A stretch of DNA of 64,000 bases, from assembly GCA_000320545.1 (NCBI GenBank), contig ADNK01000904.1, positions 1 to 64,000 of the forward strand. Direction: 5' to 3'. Below, in pieces: positions 47,398-62,700 of the stretch (within the stretch, counting starts at the first letter, position 1; every line of letters starts with the position of its first letter). The DNA is from Bigelowiella natans CCMP2755 (taxonomy: Eukaryota; Protista; Cercozoa). The notes below the pieces were generated by a model that was not told the origin of the DNA, ran no database searches, and saw only the letters and a list, made by a program, of their open reading frames with translations. The translations under genes were made by a program, and so were the position numbers.

Positions 47398-48973
47398 TCA
47401 TGCATCATTTCTATGGGTCCTGTTGCTAGTACTACGAGGCATGCTTGACAGCAGAGACTCATTTTCCCTTCTCCCCCCTCTTCCAACTTCTTCGCTCGCA
47501 GCCCTTGAGTTATTTCGAATACCACTGTTGCTGCTACTGGTAGTGGGATGGTACCGGCCTCCTAATCGTCTTCTCGAGCTTAGGTCTGCTGCCTCAAACT
47601 CATTATTGCTTCTTCTAATATGCTGCTGCTGCTGCTGCTGCAGTATTTGAGAAGAACCAAGGTTAATACCGCTAGTACCGGTGCTGCTGAACTTGGAGCC
47701 TGAACCAAAGAACGCAGCGACAACGTGATTATCATCAGAGGCGTTGTCTGCCACTTTAGACAGCGAGGCGATATCAGCACCGAGCAGCGGGTCGATAGTG
47801 GACGACGATAAATTGAACTGCAATCCACCAAGAAGTCGTGATTTCTGCCGTGATGACGATGATGATGATGATGATAATGATGATGAAGAACCAGCTTGCT
47901 GCTGCTTATATTTCTGCTGTTGTTGCTGTTGATGGCGATGTCGTCGAGATATTGGGGGACCCTCGACCACTCCTGATGAGGATGATTCAGCACTAGGTGT
48001 TGGTGCAACTCGTTGCCCTGCTATCCCCGGAATCACGCGTTGTTGTCGTTGATGATGTCGAGAAGATGAAGAACGACGACGTCGATGATGATGATAGTGA
48101 TGATGTGATAATGGATGATGATGATCAGATTGATGATGATCATGATGATTTTTATTATTATTATTATTATTATTACTATTATGATGACGATGTTGACGCT
48201 GGTAATGGCCGATAATTGGATGGGTGCCACTGTACAAAGAGGTTTGGCTATACGACGAGGACGGTAATAATGATGATTTCGAGTTGTTTGCTCCCTGCTG
48301 CCGATGATACTGATGATGACGCAGTATGCTCAGCTTTTCTTCAAGCTCTTTAACATGATTAGAAAGATGCAAGTTTCGGGCATCTGCAGTTTTGACAAGA
48401 GAGAGTGCAGACTTTAGCGACAGCTTAGTGGCTAAATGATCACTATGCAACGAATCACGTTCCATGCGTATTGAGTCGCGCTCATTTTCCACCTCTCGTA
48501 GCTTTTTCCGAAGAAGTGTTTCTCCCTCCTTCTCATCCCCCTCCTCCTGGTTCATTCTTAAAGAAGAAGAATGCTTGCCATCATCTGAAGAGGTAGCTGG
48601 ATGACGACGATCCTTGCTCTCTTCTTTTCCTTTTACTTCTTCTTCATCAAGTTCTTCTCTGCCAATAGCACTTGGACTACTGCTGCTGATGCTGCTTCTT
48701 CTTCTTCTCGTAGGGTCATCATTAGTAGTGCGACGACCGTCACCACCACCAGCGGCAGTAGAAAGAAGAGCTACAAGCACTTGGTCCATGCGATCGATGT
48801 ATCCCAACGATTGACGAAGGCCACGATGAGATGAGGATGATGAGAATGAGAGGGAGGGGGGGGAGGACGACAATATCATATTTCCTTGTGCTGTGACTGT
48901 TGTTTCTTTCTTGGAAGCAGGAGGAAAAGCTGACGAAGAAGACTGCCCCTCCGCCGCCTCCTCCGCCGCCCCT

Positions 48974-49014
<41 letters not shown>

Positions 49015-51398
49015 AAACAGGACGACAGCCTTGTGTTGTTTTTTAAGATTGACCATGAGACTTTTGAGTTTTTGGTCGAGACCGATAAACTTCCTCTCCA
49101 GGCTACTTATTACTGCTTCATCATCCTTCACTCCCGCTTCTTTGCTGCTGCCTTCTTCGTCCAAGATAGGTGTCATCATTATCTTCGCAAAATCTCCTCC
49201 ATTCAGGGGACTGGATATCCTTCCTGTAGCGTCTCCCGCCAATTGTAACACTAATTTTCGCAAGAATTCAGCGCCATCGATTGTTGTCGTTTTGGTGTCA
49301 TCGTCGGTTGGTCTTCTTCTTGTACTACTACTGCTATTATGATGCTCCTCTCGTCGAGTTGTTCTTTCACCCGCTGTTTCCATTGCTGGGATACTACTTC
49401 CAAGCTCATCACACTTAATATTATTATTATTTTTACTAATATTACTATTATCTGGGGACATGAAGGAGGGGCCGGTTAAGGCCGCGCTCCTACCACTACC
49501 CGCAGCTAAGTGCGACGATAATAATGGGTCTAGTTGCTGGTGCTGGTGATGATGATTATAACGATGATCATGGAACTTCCTTAACGATGATGATGATGAT
49601 GATGATGATAATAGTGATGCGGATGGTGGTGGTGGTGGTGATGATGATGATGATGATGAGGCTGGAGGTGCAGACGGTGGAGGGGAAGTTGTTGTTGGGG
49701 TCATAGTGGTAGTTGTAACAAAAATAGCAGCAGTAGTAGGGCTTGGTTGGTGATGTAAAGTCGTCATCTTCTTCTTCCTCTTTTCTTCCTCATTCTCCCC
49801 CTCCTCTTCTTCTACCGCTGTTGGTGCTACTAGCGAGTCGTCGTCATCACTACGGACGATATTGACCCTTAGTAAGACTCGTAGGCGATCAACAATGCGA
49901 GGTAGCCAATATCCATTGGACAGCTGAATCCAGTTCTCATGAACTGCCATAGCAAGTACCACCTCTCCGCCTTTGGGGCCTTTCACTTGTCCTACTCTTG
50001 CTCCCAACTTCGGTCTGCTGCGGTAAGCTACCCCCTCTAGGGGTACAACTTGGAAGTAGCAGGAGGAGGAGGAGGAGGAGGAAGAGGAATACTGATGATG
50101 CTGCTGTCTTGATGAGGATGATGATACAGGAGGTATTCTTGAAGAACCAACACCAAATCCATCACTACTGGCAGCAGCACCACCAGCAATATTATTATTA
50201 TCTCCTCCTAATACCGCCGGACTGGTGTCTTCACCACTTTTACTAGTATCATTTCTTCCTAAAAAACGAGGAGGGGGAGGACCCCACGCTGTATTATGTG
50301 TCGTCCTGAGAGATGACGCCGAGTAGCCGCTGCTGCTTTCACGGGTAGTAGCCATCCCCCCCCCGCCATCACCAGCCTGACCAAACCCAAGCAGTAGCCC
50401 CTTCCTTCCCGTTAGGGGAGGAGGGGGTGAGAATATGCTGTTTGTCGTCCACGCACTGCTGGTGCTCAACAACCCAGCGGAGGAGGAAGAGGAGGAGGAG
50501 GGGGCACAGGCTGCTCCGCCCTCTCCTACTACTCTTCCTCCTGCTGCTGCTGTCGCTGTAGTTGAGGAGGACCGACCTACTGAACCACTACTACCGTTCT
50601 TCATCATCATTGAAGTTGATGTTGCCGCTGCTGCGGCTGACGACGACGATGATGATATTGTAGATGGCGCGCCCCACAGAGACTGCTGCTGCTGCTGCTG
50701 CTGCCTATATTGATGGTTAGGATGATGATGATGACGATGATGATGATGCTGGAGAGCGGTATTGTGCTCCAAAGAAGAGGACGATGATAATGATGGCGGC
50801 TTGGAGAATAAGCCTGGCGATGACGACAGTAGAGATGATGACGATAACGATTCGCCAGTCTTCGTATCTTTGCCAGATGTCACTACTGTCGCATTTCCTG
50901 CTGAAACACGATCACTTGTGCGTGAAGAAGCACTAGCACGTCTGGTAGTAGTGGCAGCATGTCTGAGATTGTCCAACATAGGATTGCTGTTCTGTCTCTG
51001 CTGCTGCTGCTGCTGCTGCTGCAAGGACGATTGGTTGGAGACGGTAGCACCGTTGTTAAGGGAAGAAGAACCCGTCGTTGCAGCAGCACTGCCATCATCG
51101 TCATCAGTGGTTATTATCAGAACGTTGTTGTTTCTCCCCCCCCTACTGCTGCTACTTCTACTCCTACTCCTACTTCTCCCGGAAACACCAGCAGCAGCAG
51201 TTTCATCTATTGTCGTTACTTTAATGCCATCAGTGGTGCTAATTCCCACTAGTGATGCACTACTCGAATCCAGTACTTCTTCCTGTTGCTGCTGTTTTTC
51301 TTCCATATTTTTCTCCTGCTCCATAATAGCTCTCTGTTTTCTACGACGTGCTCTCCGTTTCTGGCTCGCACTCAGTTTGGTATTATTGGTGTTTCCAC

Positions 51399-51439
<41 letters not shown>

Positions 51440-54400
51440 GTAGCACCACCACCACCACCGCCGCCACCACCACCACCATTAGCAGCCACAGCTGCACTCT
51501 GTGAAGAGGAAACAATGGACGAAGGATAATGGTTTACGGCAGCAGCAGAGGTAGAGGAGGACGAGTTGTTGTTATCGTCGGTGACAGCAGAAGTATTGCT
51601 ATTGCCTCCGTTGATTGGCTTTATACTACTTCCTCGTCTTCCTCGTCCTCCTGCATCCATCTCGGCTAACAATGATGCACCAACCAAACTGCCCTCCAAC
51701 GATACGCGCTGTAGTAGTTTCTGCGGCTGCTGCTTCCTTCTCCCAGCATTACTGTTGTTGCTCCCTAGTGATTCCTTCCATACAGTTTCACCACCACCAC
51801 TAGCAGCAGCAGCAGCACTCTTGGAGCGAAGGACACCAGGCATATCTAGTGCACCTCCTTCTCCCCCTCGAGAGGAGGAGGAGGAGGCAGCAGCTGCAGC
51901 AGTAAGAAGGCCTTTACTCTTCTTCTTTTTCTTACTCTTCTTAATTTCTGTATTGCCACTACTAGTGTTATTGTTATCGTCATTACTACTAGTCTTTGAG
52001 AAAGAGCCAGCACCGCCATCTTGACTCCTCTGTATATCTGCAAGCCCTTCGTTCGTATCAGCAGAAACAATTCCTCTCACCGCCTCAACGCTGTTTGAGG
52101 CTGATTGACTGCGAAGTCTTCTTGAAGAGGGGGAGGAGGAGGAGATGGCACCGACGATGATGGGAGATTTGAAACGAATGTCTCCTTCGTTATACTGAGA
52201 TCTACAAGCAGGACACCTTCCATCGTATTTCTCATTGATCTTGTGGTAGCAGAAGGAGCATATTTGGAAGCCGCACTTACACGGTTTGAAGTTTGAGTCT
52301 GTTGCGTCCAGCACGTCAGTACACACGGGACAGCATGAATTGCTATTATTCTTGTTATCGTTATTGTTATCATGCTGTCTGGTGCTGCTGCTCCTGCTGC
52401 TGCCGCCAATCCTACCACTCTGCTGCTGCTGCTGCTTCTTCAGGAGGACACTCGTACCCGCTCCTCCTCCTCCTCCTCCTCCTCCTCCTCCTCCTCCTCC
52501 TCTTGGTCCTATTGCGTGGGAGTTGGAAGCAGATGGCGATGCCGAAGGGCGGCGGCTGCTCCCTGATGATGATGTTGAAATCACCCGTGCTGCTGCTGCT
52601 GCTGCTGACTTTGTAGTATGCTGCTGCTGTCGCTTTGAGCGCGATGAAGACCGATGACGAGTTCTATGACCATTGCCACTATTGCTATTATTACTAAGAT
52701 CATTCGTGGAAGCCAACGACGAAGGTGATTTGGCTGATGATGTGCTTTTGCGCCCCCCTCGCCTACCCCTCGCTTCTTCCCAATTACCCTCCTCCTTGCT
52801 ACCACCTTTACCGTCAACGTAATCATTGTTGTTGATTCCAGAAGCTGTTGTTACTGCGACAATACCAATGTTGCTGTTTTGGGAAGAAGAAGCAATAGAA
52901 GCAGCCATTTTTGATAGACCGTCTCCTCCTCCTCCTCCTCCTCCTCCGGTAGAAAATACTACTGCTGCTGCTGCTGCTCCAGCACTATCATCACCGCCAT
53001 TGCTCACGCTACTACTACTGTTACTACGATGGGGCTGCTTTGAGGTGGGCTGCGCTCGCTTGTTGCTAGGCTGTTGTTGTTGTTGTTGCTGCTGCTTCTG
53101 CTTAGGGGGAGGATGCGGTTTGGTCTTCTTTGCGTGTATGACACACTGAGAGTTGCAGCCATCGCGTAAGCACTTTTGGTATTGCCTCCATAGCTTTGAT
53201 GTCCGGCTTGCTGCCTTGACTCGTTTCAACTGCCCTTCGGCCCTAGCACAATCGTGCACGTGCCTGACTAAGCACTTTGCACGGATCAGAGATTTGTGGC
53301 CTCTCCGGCATTCAAGGCATATGATCTCCTCCCCTGCAGTCGCATCCCGCTTGCAAATGCCGCACTGCCAGCCGGAAGGAGTTTCTTCATCAACGATCTT
53401 AGTTTCTACGTGCTTCTTGTTTTTGCCGCTGTTGCTGCTGATGGCGTGAGTACTCTTGCTACCACTACTATTCTTTCTACCAGGAGAGTTGTTTGTTGTG
53501 CTAGTAGTACCCTTGCCATCTACTACCTCTTTCTTCTTCTTCTTCTTATCGCTGGAAACTGCAGAAGAGTTCCGCGAGGAGGAGGAGGAGGAGGAAGAGG
53601 CGTTTGTTTGCTCCGAAGCTGTAGTTTCGGACCCATCAACAGCAGTAGTAGTGGTAGAAGAAGATGGTGGAGCAGTAGCGGTGTTTGACTTGGTTTCGCC
53701 GCTATTATTATTCTTATCTTGGGTGTCATTAGCCTTGCGTGCTTTCCTTCGTTTGCTGTGGCTGCGCTTACGATTCTTTGACGATGTCTTGGTGGCGGCA
53801 GTAATCGTTGGAGTCGTGTTCTGGCGCTCTCGCCCACGATGATGGTGTTGCCCTCGCAGCAGCTCTCGGTCTTCTCCCTCTGCTGCTTTGAGGAGCACAC
53901 CAGCCATGCTGATGCTGCTGCTGCTGCTGGCGAGGTTTGAGTCCTCAGCAGTAGCTACATTACGAGCAGGTGCTTGGACCTGCTGCTGCTGTGGATTCGA
54001 AGAAGCAGTAGTAGAGTTGGTAGCATCCTTTCCTCCTCCTCCTCCCCCTCCCACTCCGCCCCCTCCCTTGAGGTCATCCTGCGAAACATGCGAAACATGC
54101 GAAACATTAGCTGCAGCTAACGCAGTGGCCTCAGCAGCAGCATTCTTCCGTGCAAGCTGGAAGCCTTTAGCTTCGTGCTGCCAGTACTGTGAGAGCTTCT
54201 GCGTGTTTTTCATTATCCGTATGATGCGTGATGATTGTGCTATCTGCCAGTCTCTAGCGTCATCCAGATGGCGATTAGCTTCACGCTCATGGCCTTTGAT
54301 CTCAGCCCTCCCCCTCCTCATTTGCTCCAAAGCCGTCTTATCTAGTTTGATACCCTTGGTGAAGGTCTCTTTCCATTCCAGAATAGCCTCCTTCTCCATT

Positions 54401-55554
54401 ATCCGACATCTTCTAAGTTTCCCCTCCCAATAAGCGAGCTTGCGTTTTGAGCACGTGTCTATCACTTCCTCGAGTGGGAAACCATCATCAAGAATTGCAC
54501 GAAGTCGCCGCAGTCTGGAATGAATAACGCGTACATCAGGAAGCTTCTGCTGCTGCTGCAGGTGGTGATTATAGTAATAGCTCTTGACTCCTGATCCACC
54601 ATTACCACCACCACCACCTGAAATAGCAGTAGTAGTAATAGTAGCAGTGGTAGATGTAATGCCAGACTTAGACGAGGACGAAGAAGACGATGACGATGCT
54701 CCTCCTTCGGTAACACCACCACCACCGGCAGTAGCACCAGCAGCCTGGCGTCGTATCTCAAGCTGTTCGTCTACTTCACTCTTACAGTCTTGTATTTCAG
54801 CCTCTAGCTTACGAAGTGATGATTCCAGGGCATTAGACAGGGCAATCAATCCCCATTGTGATCGAGCTCCCCGTCTCCACCTCAAATCATCGTCCTTGAT
54901 GTGGATTACTTCACGAGGACGGGGGGCGCTTGTGCCTCCCCTCCCTCTACCCGCAGCTGCTTTGGCATCCCGACTCTCCTTCTTCGCACTGCTGTCGGCA
55001 TTTGCAAATCCATTCGAGTTGTTCTTTTTCTTCTCCTGGTTCTTCCCCCTATTTTGTGCAGAGTTTGCAGTTGACACTCGTACTGATTTTGATGATGGTT
55101 GCTCCTGCTGCTGGGTTGTTGCTTTTATTGTGGTAGATGGTGGAGACGCAGTAGTGGTGGGAGAAGGAGAAGCCGTCGCTGCTTTAACCTTGACGTTATG
55201 GTCTGCAACCCACTCGTTCCTTGGCCCATCCCACACATGCCAGGTGTCCTTACACAACCCAGGATGTAAGGCACTGGAGTTGTAAGCATAGCAGCCGTCA
55301 ACATCACGAAGGCCCAGCGGATCGATGTACCATCGAAGTTTTGGCGCAAAGAATCTGATGGCAAAGTCGTTCCCGCTCTTTTTGTATGCTGGGCGGCCTT
55401 GGTGGAGGGAGTGGTAGTAGTAAATACCGTTGATCCCACTGCTAGATCCCCGTCGGCCGCTCACGACGATTCGTCCAGGATGCGACGTGAAGTGAGGAAT
55501 TGCTCTTATGTAATCCCCGTCGCTCAAACCAGCCTGATGGTTGGGGTGATGATA

Positions 55555-55588
<34 letters not shown>

Positions 55589-56036
55589 TAATGGCGGAAA
55601 CAGAATCTAACATTGATGCAAATCGATAATCGGATTCATAAGATGGTGCATGAAGAGATTGTATGCAGCATTACAATATTGGTTACAGCTGACTGCACAA
55701 ACAACGAGGAGGAAGAAGAAAGGAGCAGAAGCATTATGGATCACTAGAGATAATATATCTTATAATAAACCCTAACCATTTCTTTCCAATCCTCCGCACC
55801 ACTACCACTACTACAACTGCTACTACTATTCTTCCTCCGCTTCAATGGACTCTACAACTACTACTACTCTTCTTACACCTCTCCAATAGACTGCACTGAG
55901 TTCCAGCTGATGTTAACATCACGAATAAAGAACTGGGTCCTTGGTAATTCACAGAGCTTGCGCTGACTGTAAGCTTCAAATACTCTACGCAATGGAATAG
56001 AGGATGTGACTCGGAACCATACCTCACCTCCTCCCA

Positions 56037-56071
<35 letters not shown>

Positions 56072-58693
56072 GTAGTAGTAGTAGTACCACCGTCGTCGGT
56101 ACCACCTGCTGCTGCTCTGTTTTTATTACCTGATTTCCCTACATCTATAACGCGGATCTCAAATGCTTTTCGCGTACTTTTCGTAGCATTCCTTGCAGTA
56201 GCAGCAGCGCCTACCTTGACAGTGCCATTCTTTGAGGCTGCGGTTGCAGGAGTTGTAGAGGACCCACAAATACTGCTCTTACCACTAGCACCACTAATAG
56301 AAGTTGCTCCCCCTTTTTGATTTTTGGTGTCGGCTGAGATCTTACCAGAACGCTTACTTCTACTACTTTCTGTATTGATTGGTAACTGGGAATAATGCTT
56401 AACAGCCAGGCTGCTATCACTACTGCTACTGCTGCTGCTGCTGCTACTACTACTACTACTACCACCAGCTCCCCACCATGCATGCCTGCAGTAGCAACCT
56501 CCTCCTCCTCGAAAACGGCACTCATCACCACCACTACCACCACCGCCAAGGCTGCAGTTGTTCGGTAGTGGTGGTGGTGGTGGTGCACGATGATTACTCC
56601 TAGTCGAGAGTGCAGCTGAGCTGGTGATTTGTGTCTTGTTTCCAGTGCCCCAGGCTAGATATTCGAAGCTGTCCGCACACAATGCTCTCTTCTTACCAGC
56701 AAGGAGCCGGATTGTGACTGCAGGTGCCCAGCGTTTCGATATCTCATCTGCCTTGAGCCAACTGCCCAGGCTGCTATTGCTGCTGCTTCTTAAGCGTGTC
56801 GGAAACTCCATGCTCCTACTTGCGATGCAAAGCTCTCCTGCACCGTGCTGCATGGCATCTACTCCTATTATCCAATGCTTCGTGGGAGTGTGATAGAATA
56901 GTCGATATTGCGTAGAGCTATGTTCCCAGTACACCGACGAGGAGGAGGAGGAGGAAGAGGAAGAGGACGACGAATCAGCGTCCGACTTTTTAGTGCCACC
57001 CCCTCCTCCATTGTTACTGCTACTACTACTACCACTACTACTACCGCGACGCTTATTCTTCTTCTTCGAATCCTTAGCAGATCTGCTGTTACTACTTTTG
57101 TTACTATTACTATTAATATTTCCAGATTTCTTTTTCTTCTTGCTACCACTACTACTACTACTGTTACTACTATTCTCGGCAGGAACGACCATGCGCTTAA
57201 AACAACCATATTGCAAGAAGTCCAAGTTGGTTTGGTCTAGACCCTCAAGATGAACGTGCTCATCATCATCATCATCGTCGTCGTCATCATCCTCACCACC
57301 GCCCTCACCATGATCGTAATGGGTTGTTCCTAGAATCTTACTCTTTTGATGAACCAATGCGTCTAGTTGCGCTTTGGACTTTTCGGAGAGGTTTTCTACT
57401 TGGATGCGTAGCTGACGGGCCTCCTCCAACTCCAGCTTGAGTCTCCTGAGCTCCTCCGCATCGTTGGCAACGGTGGCGAACTGCTCCGCCTCTAAAAGTC
57501 TCTGGATGTGTACTTCAAGCTTCTTGGACGCTTCCACACCTTCTTCAACCACCATGTCAGATCGTGCAGCAGCAGCAAAATCTATGCTGTCAAGGTTTAT
57601 TCCCTTCAACATCTTCTTGTCCCCAGGAGGAGGGCCCTCCTTGCTATCACCGGTCCCCACCACTCCCTCCTTACTTGATGAAGAAGGATTATTTCTTTTT
57701 CTCATTGTCTTTCCTCTGCGCGATGATGATGATGATGATGTGACGATTTCAACCTCACACCCCTCTAGGTCAGTCATATCAGGCCCCTTATGCTTTCTTT
57801 CCTTTTTACCATCAATGGAGGCTGCTGCTGCTGCTGTTGTGTTTAGAATCACTGTCGTTGTTGTTGCTGCTGCAGCAGCAGCTTTTGAAGGTGCTGGTGG
57901 ATTTAGCGAAGTCTTCGCTATACGCATCGAACAATAAGCGCCCCATTCTAACCAGAAGATCCCCATTCCATTAGGACGGCGGCTTACGAGCTCCGCCATT
58001 CCATGCGGAGTGCGCACATTGAAACGGGGTTGGAAACACAAGATGTCGCCATGACAAAGCCCTGCCTCCAGTAGCGTCTCACGAGGATGGAGAAGGCGGG
58101 TCTTCCCAAGGACGGCATTTTCCTCCTCGTATACTTTTAATTTAGTGCGAGGGTCACTGATATTTGCCATCTCCCTCATGCGTGACCAGAGCTCCTTAAT
58201 GGTGCTGGTGGATTTGAACACGCCCGACCCTACGTATCTCATTTTTCGAGAGAATGACGATGGCGCTAAGGAGGAGGAGGAGGAGGAGGAGGAGGAGGAG
58301 GAAGAGGGGCTGCTTTCGAATATCTTGAAGAGTAGCAAGATTCCTATGCCCCTGTAGTGGGAGGGAAGGAAAGAATAGTGTTACATATGTGGTGCTGCGG
58401 TAAAAATATTCTCACGCATGAATGATCGAAAGGAAGGTCGGATGTTACTACTGTTGACATCTCATCTGTAATAATGATAATACTCACTGATAATCATCCG
58501 GTCTTGATATCCTATGGAACAGCCAGAGGGGTCGCCGACAGTGTTGCTTGCACTTACTACAATAGAACCAACGCTCTCTGTTCAGCCAAGAGCTCCCGTA
58601 TGGTCTATCGAGTTGCATCGGTGTAAGCTTTGAGTCGGGTCTCCTGCTCCCGTTTCTACGTTCGGCCATCGCCCAGAATTCTTGCTGCTGGCA

Positions 58694-58740
<47 letters not shown>

Positions 58741-58794
58741 TCATCACTCCTTTCCTTCTTCCCCCAGCTTTCCTCCCCGCTGTAGGATTATAAC

Positions 58795-58825
<31 letters not shown>

Positions 58826-59466
58826 GTTGTCAACCCCTCCTAATTTTCTGTCACTGACAGCTAGCTTTCCTATTGTATTTATGGAACACTGAGCCGGTGC
58901 ACGACACCACTTGATTTCTCCACTAAATCCAGGTAGGTCGATGTGGCCAACGTCCATGGAAGAGGAAGATGAACAAGCGGAAAATGACGATGACGACGAC
59001 CGATTTCGCTTTTTCCCCTTCTCCGAACCCTTACTCCCATTGCTATGGGCCTTTTTCACCCTCGTGCCACTAGGGATGCCGTTTGTTCGGTGTGAAGCCA
59101 GCCAAAGCTCCGATCCGACGGCCTACACGCGGTACACATAAACACAACACATCGGCAACACAAAAAACAAAGATCGAGAACGAAAGATTTTTCACGTAAA
59201 ATATGAAGGAGAAGTCTTTTAAATAAGTTACATTTACGGAAACGCATCTATAAACACCGAGCTCTCTTTGCTCTACATGGCAAGCGTCCTAAGCCATCAC
59301 AACTTGCACCCCCCGACCTCACCTTGTCATGAAGCAAAGACGACTCGGAAAGTAGAAGAAGCATACTCTTCTTTGAATTAGAACCCTTTCCTCCCTTCAC
59401 GTTGTTCTCTGTAGTTTTCGGTACATCATAAACAGCAACGGCACAACATGAAATGCCATTCAACAA
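47398..59466 (-). CDS. Giant low-complexity protein (at least ~3790 aa) with USP7-type UBL, SUMO-like, NOT4-type RING and SH3-like domains
   Basis: In-frame exons (59466 or upstream)-59323, 59122-58488, 58351-55879 and 55533-47398. Motifs LKVYEE..TLLEAGLCHGDILCFQ, FRVTSSIPLRRVFEAYSQR..GE|AGLSDGDYIRA and CPVC..FKPCKCGFQICSFCYHKI..GRCPAC. The 5' end is unresolved. Confidence 0.8.
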
Positions 59467-59799
59467 GAGAAAACTTAAAAAATAGATAAGGCATCTTCAC
59501 GCGCATCCATCATTACCATTGCAATCATGCCAGCTTTCCAGGCGGAGATATGCAGGGGAGTATCCGAATATCTGCCAGTCATTGCATGTTTCAACGGTAG
59601 CTTTTAAATTTGATCAAGATGCGGATTTACACCTACACTAATACTAAGAAGGCAACTAGGCATTATGGATATTTACTATTACAACCGAATTCGGAGCGCA
59701 AGAAAAGCCCTTTGGGGTTACATGACTTATATGAGTCTCAATCATAAGGGATCCGTTATGGAAAAACCTTGAAAATAGAACAAATATTTTGCAGATTAT

Positions 59800-62700
59800 A
59801 ATGATGCGAAAAAATACCGCCCTAATCTCTTCTCCTCTCTAAAGGAAGCTGCAACACAACTAGCTTACCCCATTCCCTGTAAAAGTCGAAAACTGAGTGC
59901 CTTCTCCTTTGGTAATCCTGCTGTCCATTCCTTTTTAATCAAATAAAAATATACAGAAAGAAAATATACACTGCACTTAAAACACATCGGAGAGTTCCAT
60001 CTCTAACGTGCATACGAACAGGATAGCAATATTTTCAACTAATTCCGATAAAGACGGCCACCTTTTTGCCTTTGAAGCTGTGCGTGTAATTGAACACTTT
60101 GCTCTTAGAAGGGTCCTAATAATTTCCATATATTTTGGTCATACCTCGGTGATTCAAACGTTGCTTGCTACTAGAGCAATTGAATAGATGGGTTTGAACT
60201 ACTACCACCTTAGGATTTGTGATTGAGAAAGCGAATGTTACTGTCAGAGAGGCTTCTTTCGATTTGGGAGGATCCAAAACCTTTCCACAATTGCATTTCC
60301 ATTAGAGGACCGACCATAGGTAAGAATAATCAAAGTTGACAATACTTTGAACTGCTAATTTATTGCTCACCTTCAGATACACTAAGATCGAGCGCAATGC
60401 TCTTGCATCCCTAACAGATCTTGAATTTCGGCTGGAAATCTTTGGGAACTGCAGAAATGTCCGAAATCGGAATGGTCCATAGTTGTAGCTGCAAAACACA
60501 TTCCTTAGAACCATTCTTCAGAAACAGCAACAGGGGTGAATAGATTATGCGTGTGTACTCCTTCATTTGTGACGGGGTTTAATGTATTACGGTTCACTAT
60601 AATAGTCGTGTAGAGGATGATCCAGAAGACTTGATGCATGCTCCCATAATCTCTTTAGTTCCCATCGAAATACGACAGGTCTGGGTTCCTTCCCCCCTAG
60701 GAGTAAGATGTTCATAAATACATTCAATAAGATGATCATGATTTGTCGCAGTATCCACAATGAGAAACTGTGGTTGTTATGATTATACCGGTCCACTCCT
60801 CTCGAGGCTTTGGATGATGTATTGGAGGTCTCGAATCTTCCTCCCTCCATTCCTCGGGCTTCTCGTCGCCCTCCATCGCGCCAACCTGCTGCACGCTACT
60901 GTGGAGCAAGTCTGGCGATGTATCTGAAAGTAGGTTATGTGAAAAATCAACAATACTTCTAATGCAACTAACCCATGTAAAATCTCAAAATAGTATGTAA
61001 AGCCTCTTAGGCTCGGGCGCTTCAAAATCGCCTCCCCAACTATTCAATTATTCTCATTTTATGTGTCCAACTTCCTCTCTTAGCCTCCCGGTTGTCCTAG
61101 GCCCAAATGAGCCCAGAACACCGCCGGATACCCCAACACGTCCTCAAAGTGGGCCAAGTATGTGATGAAATTGTCATAACCAGCAGTTTGGATGATGACG
61201 TGAATGTTCTGATTCAGCTGTGCTTTGGTGTTTGCTCGCAGTTTAAATATCGAAGAACTTAGTGTTCGAATCAAATTCAGTAGTATCCCCTCCTTCGGAC
61301 ATACATAGTGCGATAGGCTAGCTCATCATCCTCGGAAAAAACTCGAGGATTGTTGGATTGTTCGAGGTTGTGCAAGTGTCGCACGAAAACCATAAGGTGT
61401 AATGCAAGCTGCGATCGAACCTCACCAATGCATTTCACCCATCACCGTTGTAGTCTTAAGCCTGCTTATCTATTACCCTCAACCCACCTCTCAAGCGACC
61501 AAGTTTTCAGACTTGCGCACTATCTTAGCCCTCTCACTTATCTGCGCTCCCCCCCCCCCCGAGGCGTTGACCAACCTGCTAGCAATGCGAAGATTTCAGA
61601 TTACACGTTGCATGCCCGTGCCATGAAGGAGGATAATGCCTAATCTTCAGGAATTTACGACTTCATCGATGGGATGTCGCATCCAAACAACCTCTCGCAT
61701 CCACATCGGCCAGTGCCACTCCCGAAGTTGAAGCAAACCTCACGCTCAAACGTGGAGTCTGCAGCCAGTCGTAGCCCATCATTTTATAGCGACAATAGCT
61801 TACTCTTGACTCAACCCTAAAATACATTGAAATTCTTATCTTTCTTTTAAACCGAGAAGGAACCAAAGGTTGAACACCTAAAGCCGACAAATTCCATTAT
61901 AATCCGAAAGTTTATTATTCGCCGTGATTAGGCTGTCGCAGAGCTCTAAAGAGATGTCTTTGATCATAAAGCGTAACATTTATGTAAACACTGCATGCGA
62001 CAACATTTTAATTCTAGTCGTTGGCAATCAACGAAGTGCAACAATTACCAAAAAAATATTCCAAACTTTCAAAAACGACAACTACTGAGCTATATCGCAG
62101 GCCGTTATTCCCCTGCATTCTTTGTAAAGACTCTTTTTGAGCGAATGGCTCGAACGGATACTAAGAAAGTACATATTTCGAACACGTGCGGACGGCCAAA
62201 CCGTCCACATTCTCGAGGGCTCCTTCGAAAACAATTCGACAAAAGACGCAAAAATCAATACGTAGGGGGAGAATCAGTTGTGGGAGGAAAAAAAAGTGAA
62301 TGGAAACCCAAATCCCAGACGACTGTCTGGTTCAGGTGTGTGATAATTTACCGCTGGGTGAGTGGGTCATATGATGATATACCATTATTTGTAAGATTGG
62401 AACATTTTGAACGTGTTCTAATTGGACTAGGTTCTCTGCTATCTTTCTGTCCCCGATCTGGTGAGAACGGCCATTGGTTGTTCAAGGTTTAGAAGGGTAA
62501 GTTGAGTGGTTGAGCGTAGGAAATGTGTGAATTTATTGAAGCACTTACACCAATCTTGAAATTAGTTGATAAAGACATCATGTCTATATCCCGTGGTTGT
62601 GCCTGGCAAATCGGAGGTTGTACCATTATATGCAAAACCAGATAAAATGCGCCGCTGGCTCGATTTTTTGCTGCTGTTGACTGCTTAAAAATCATTCAAG

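Noticed and set aside
47324-59141. Dozens of short overlapping ORFs on both strands
   Set aside because: They arise from trinucleotide repeats in the alternative frames of the giant gene.
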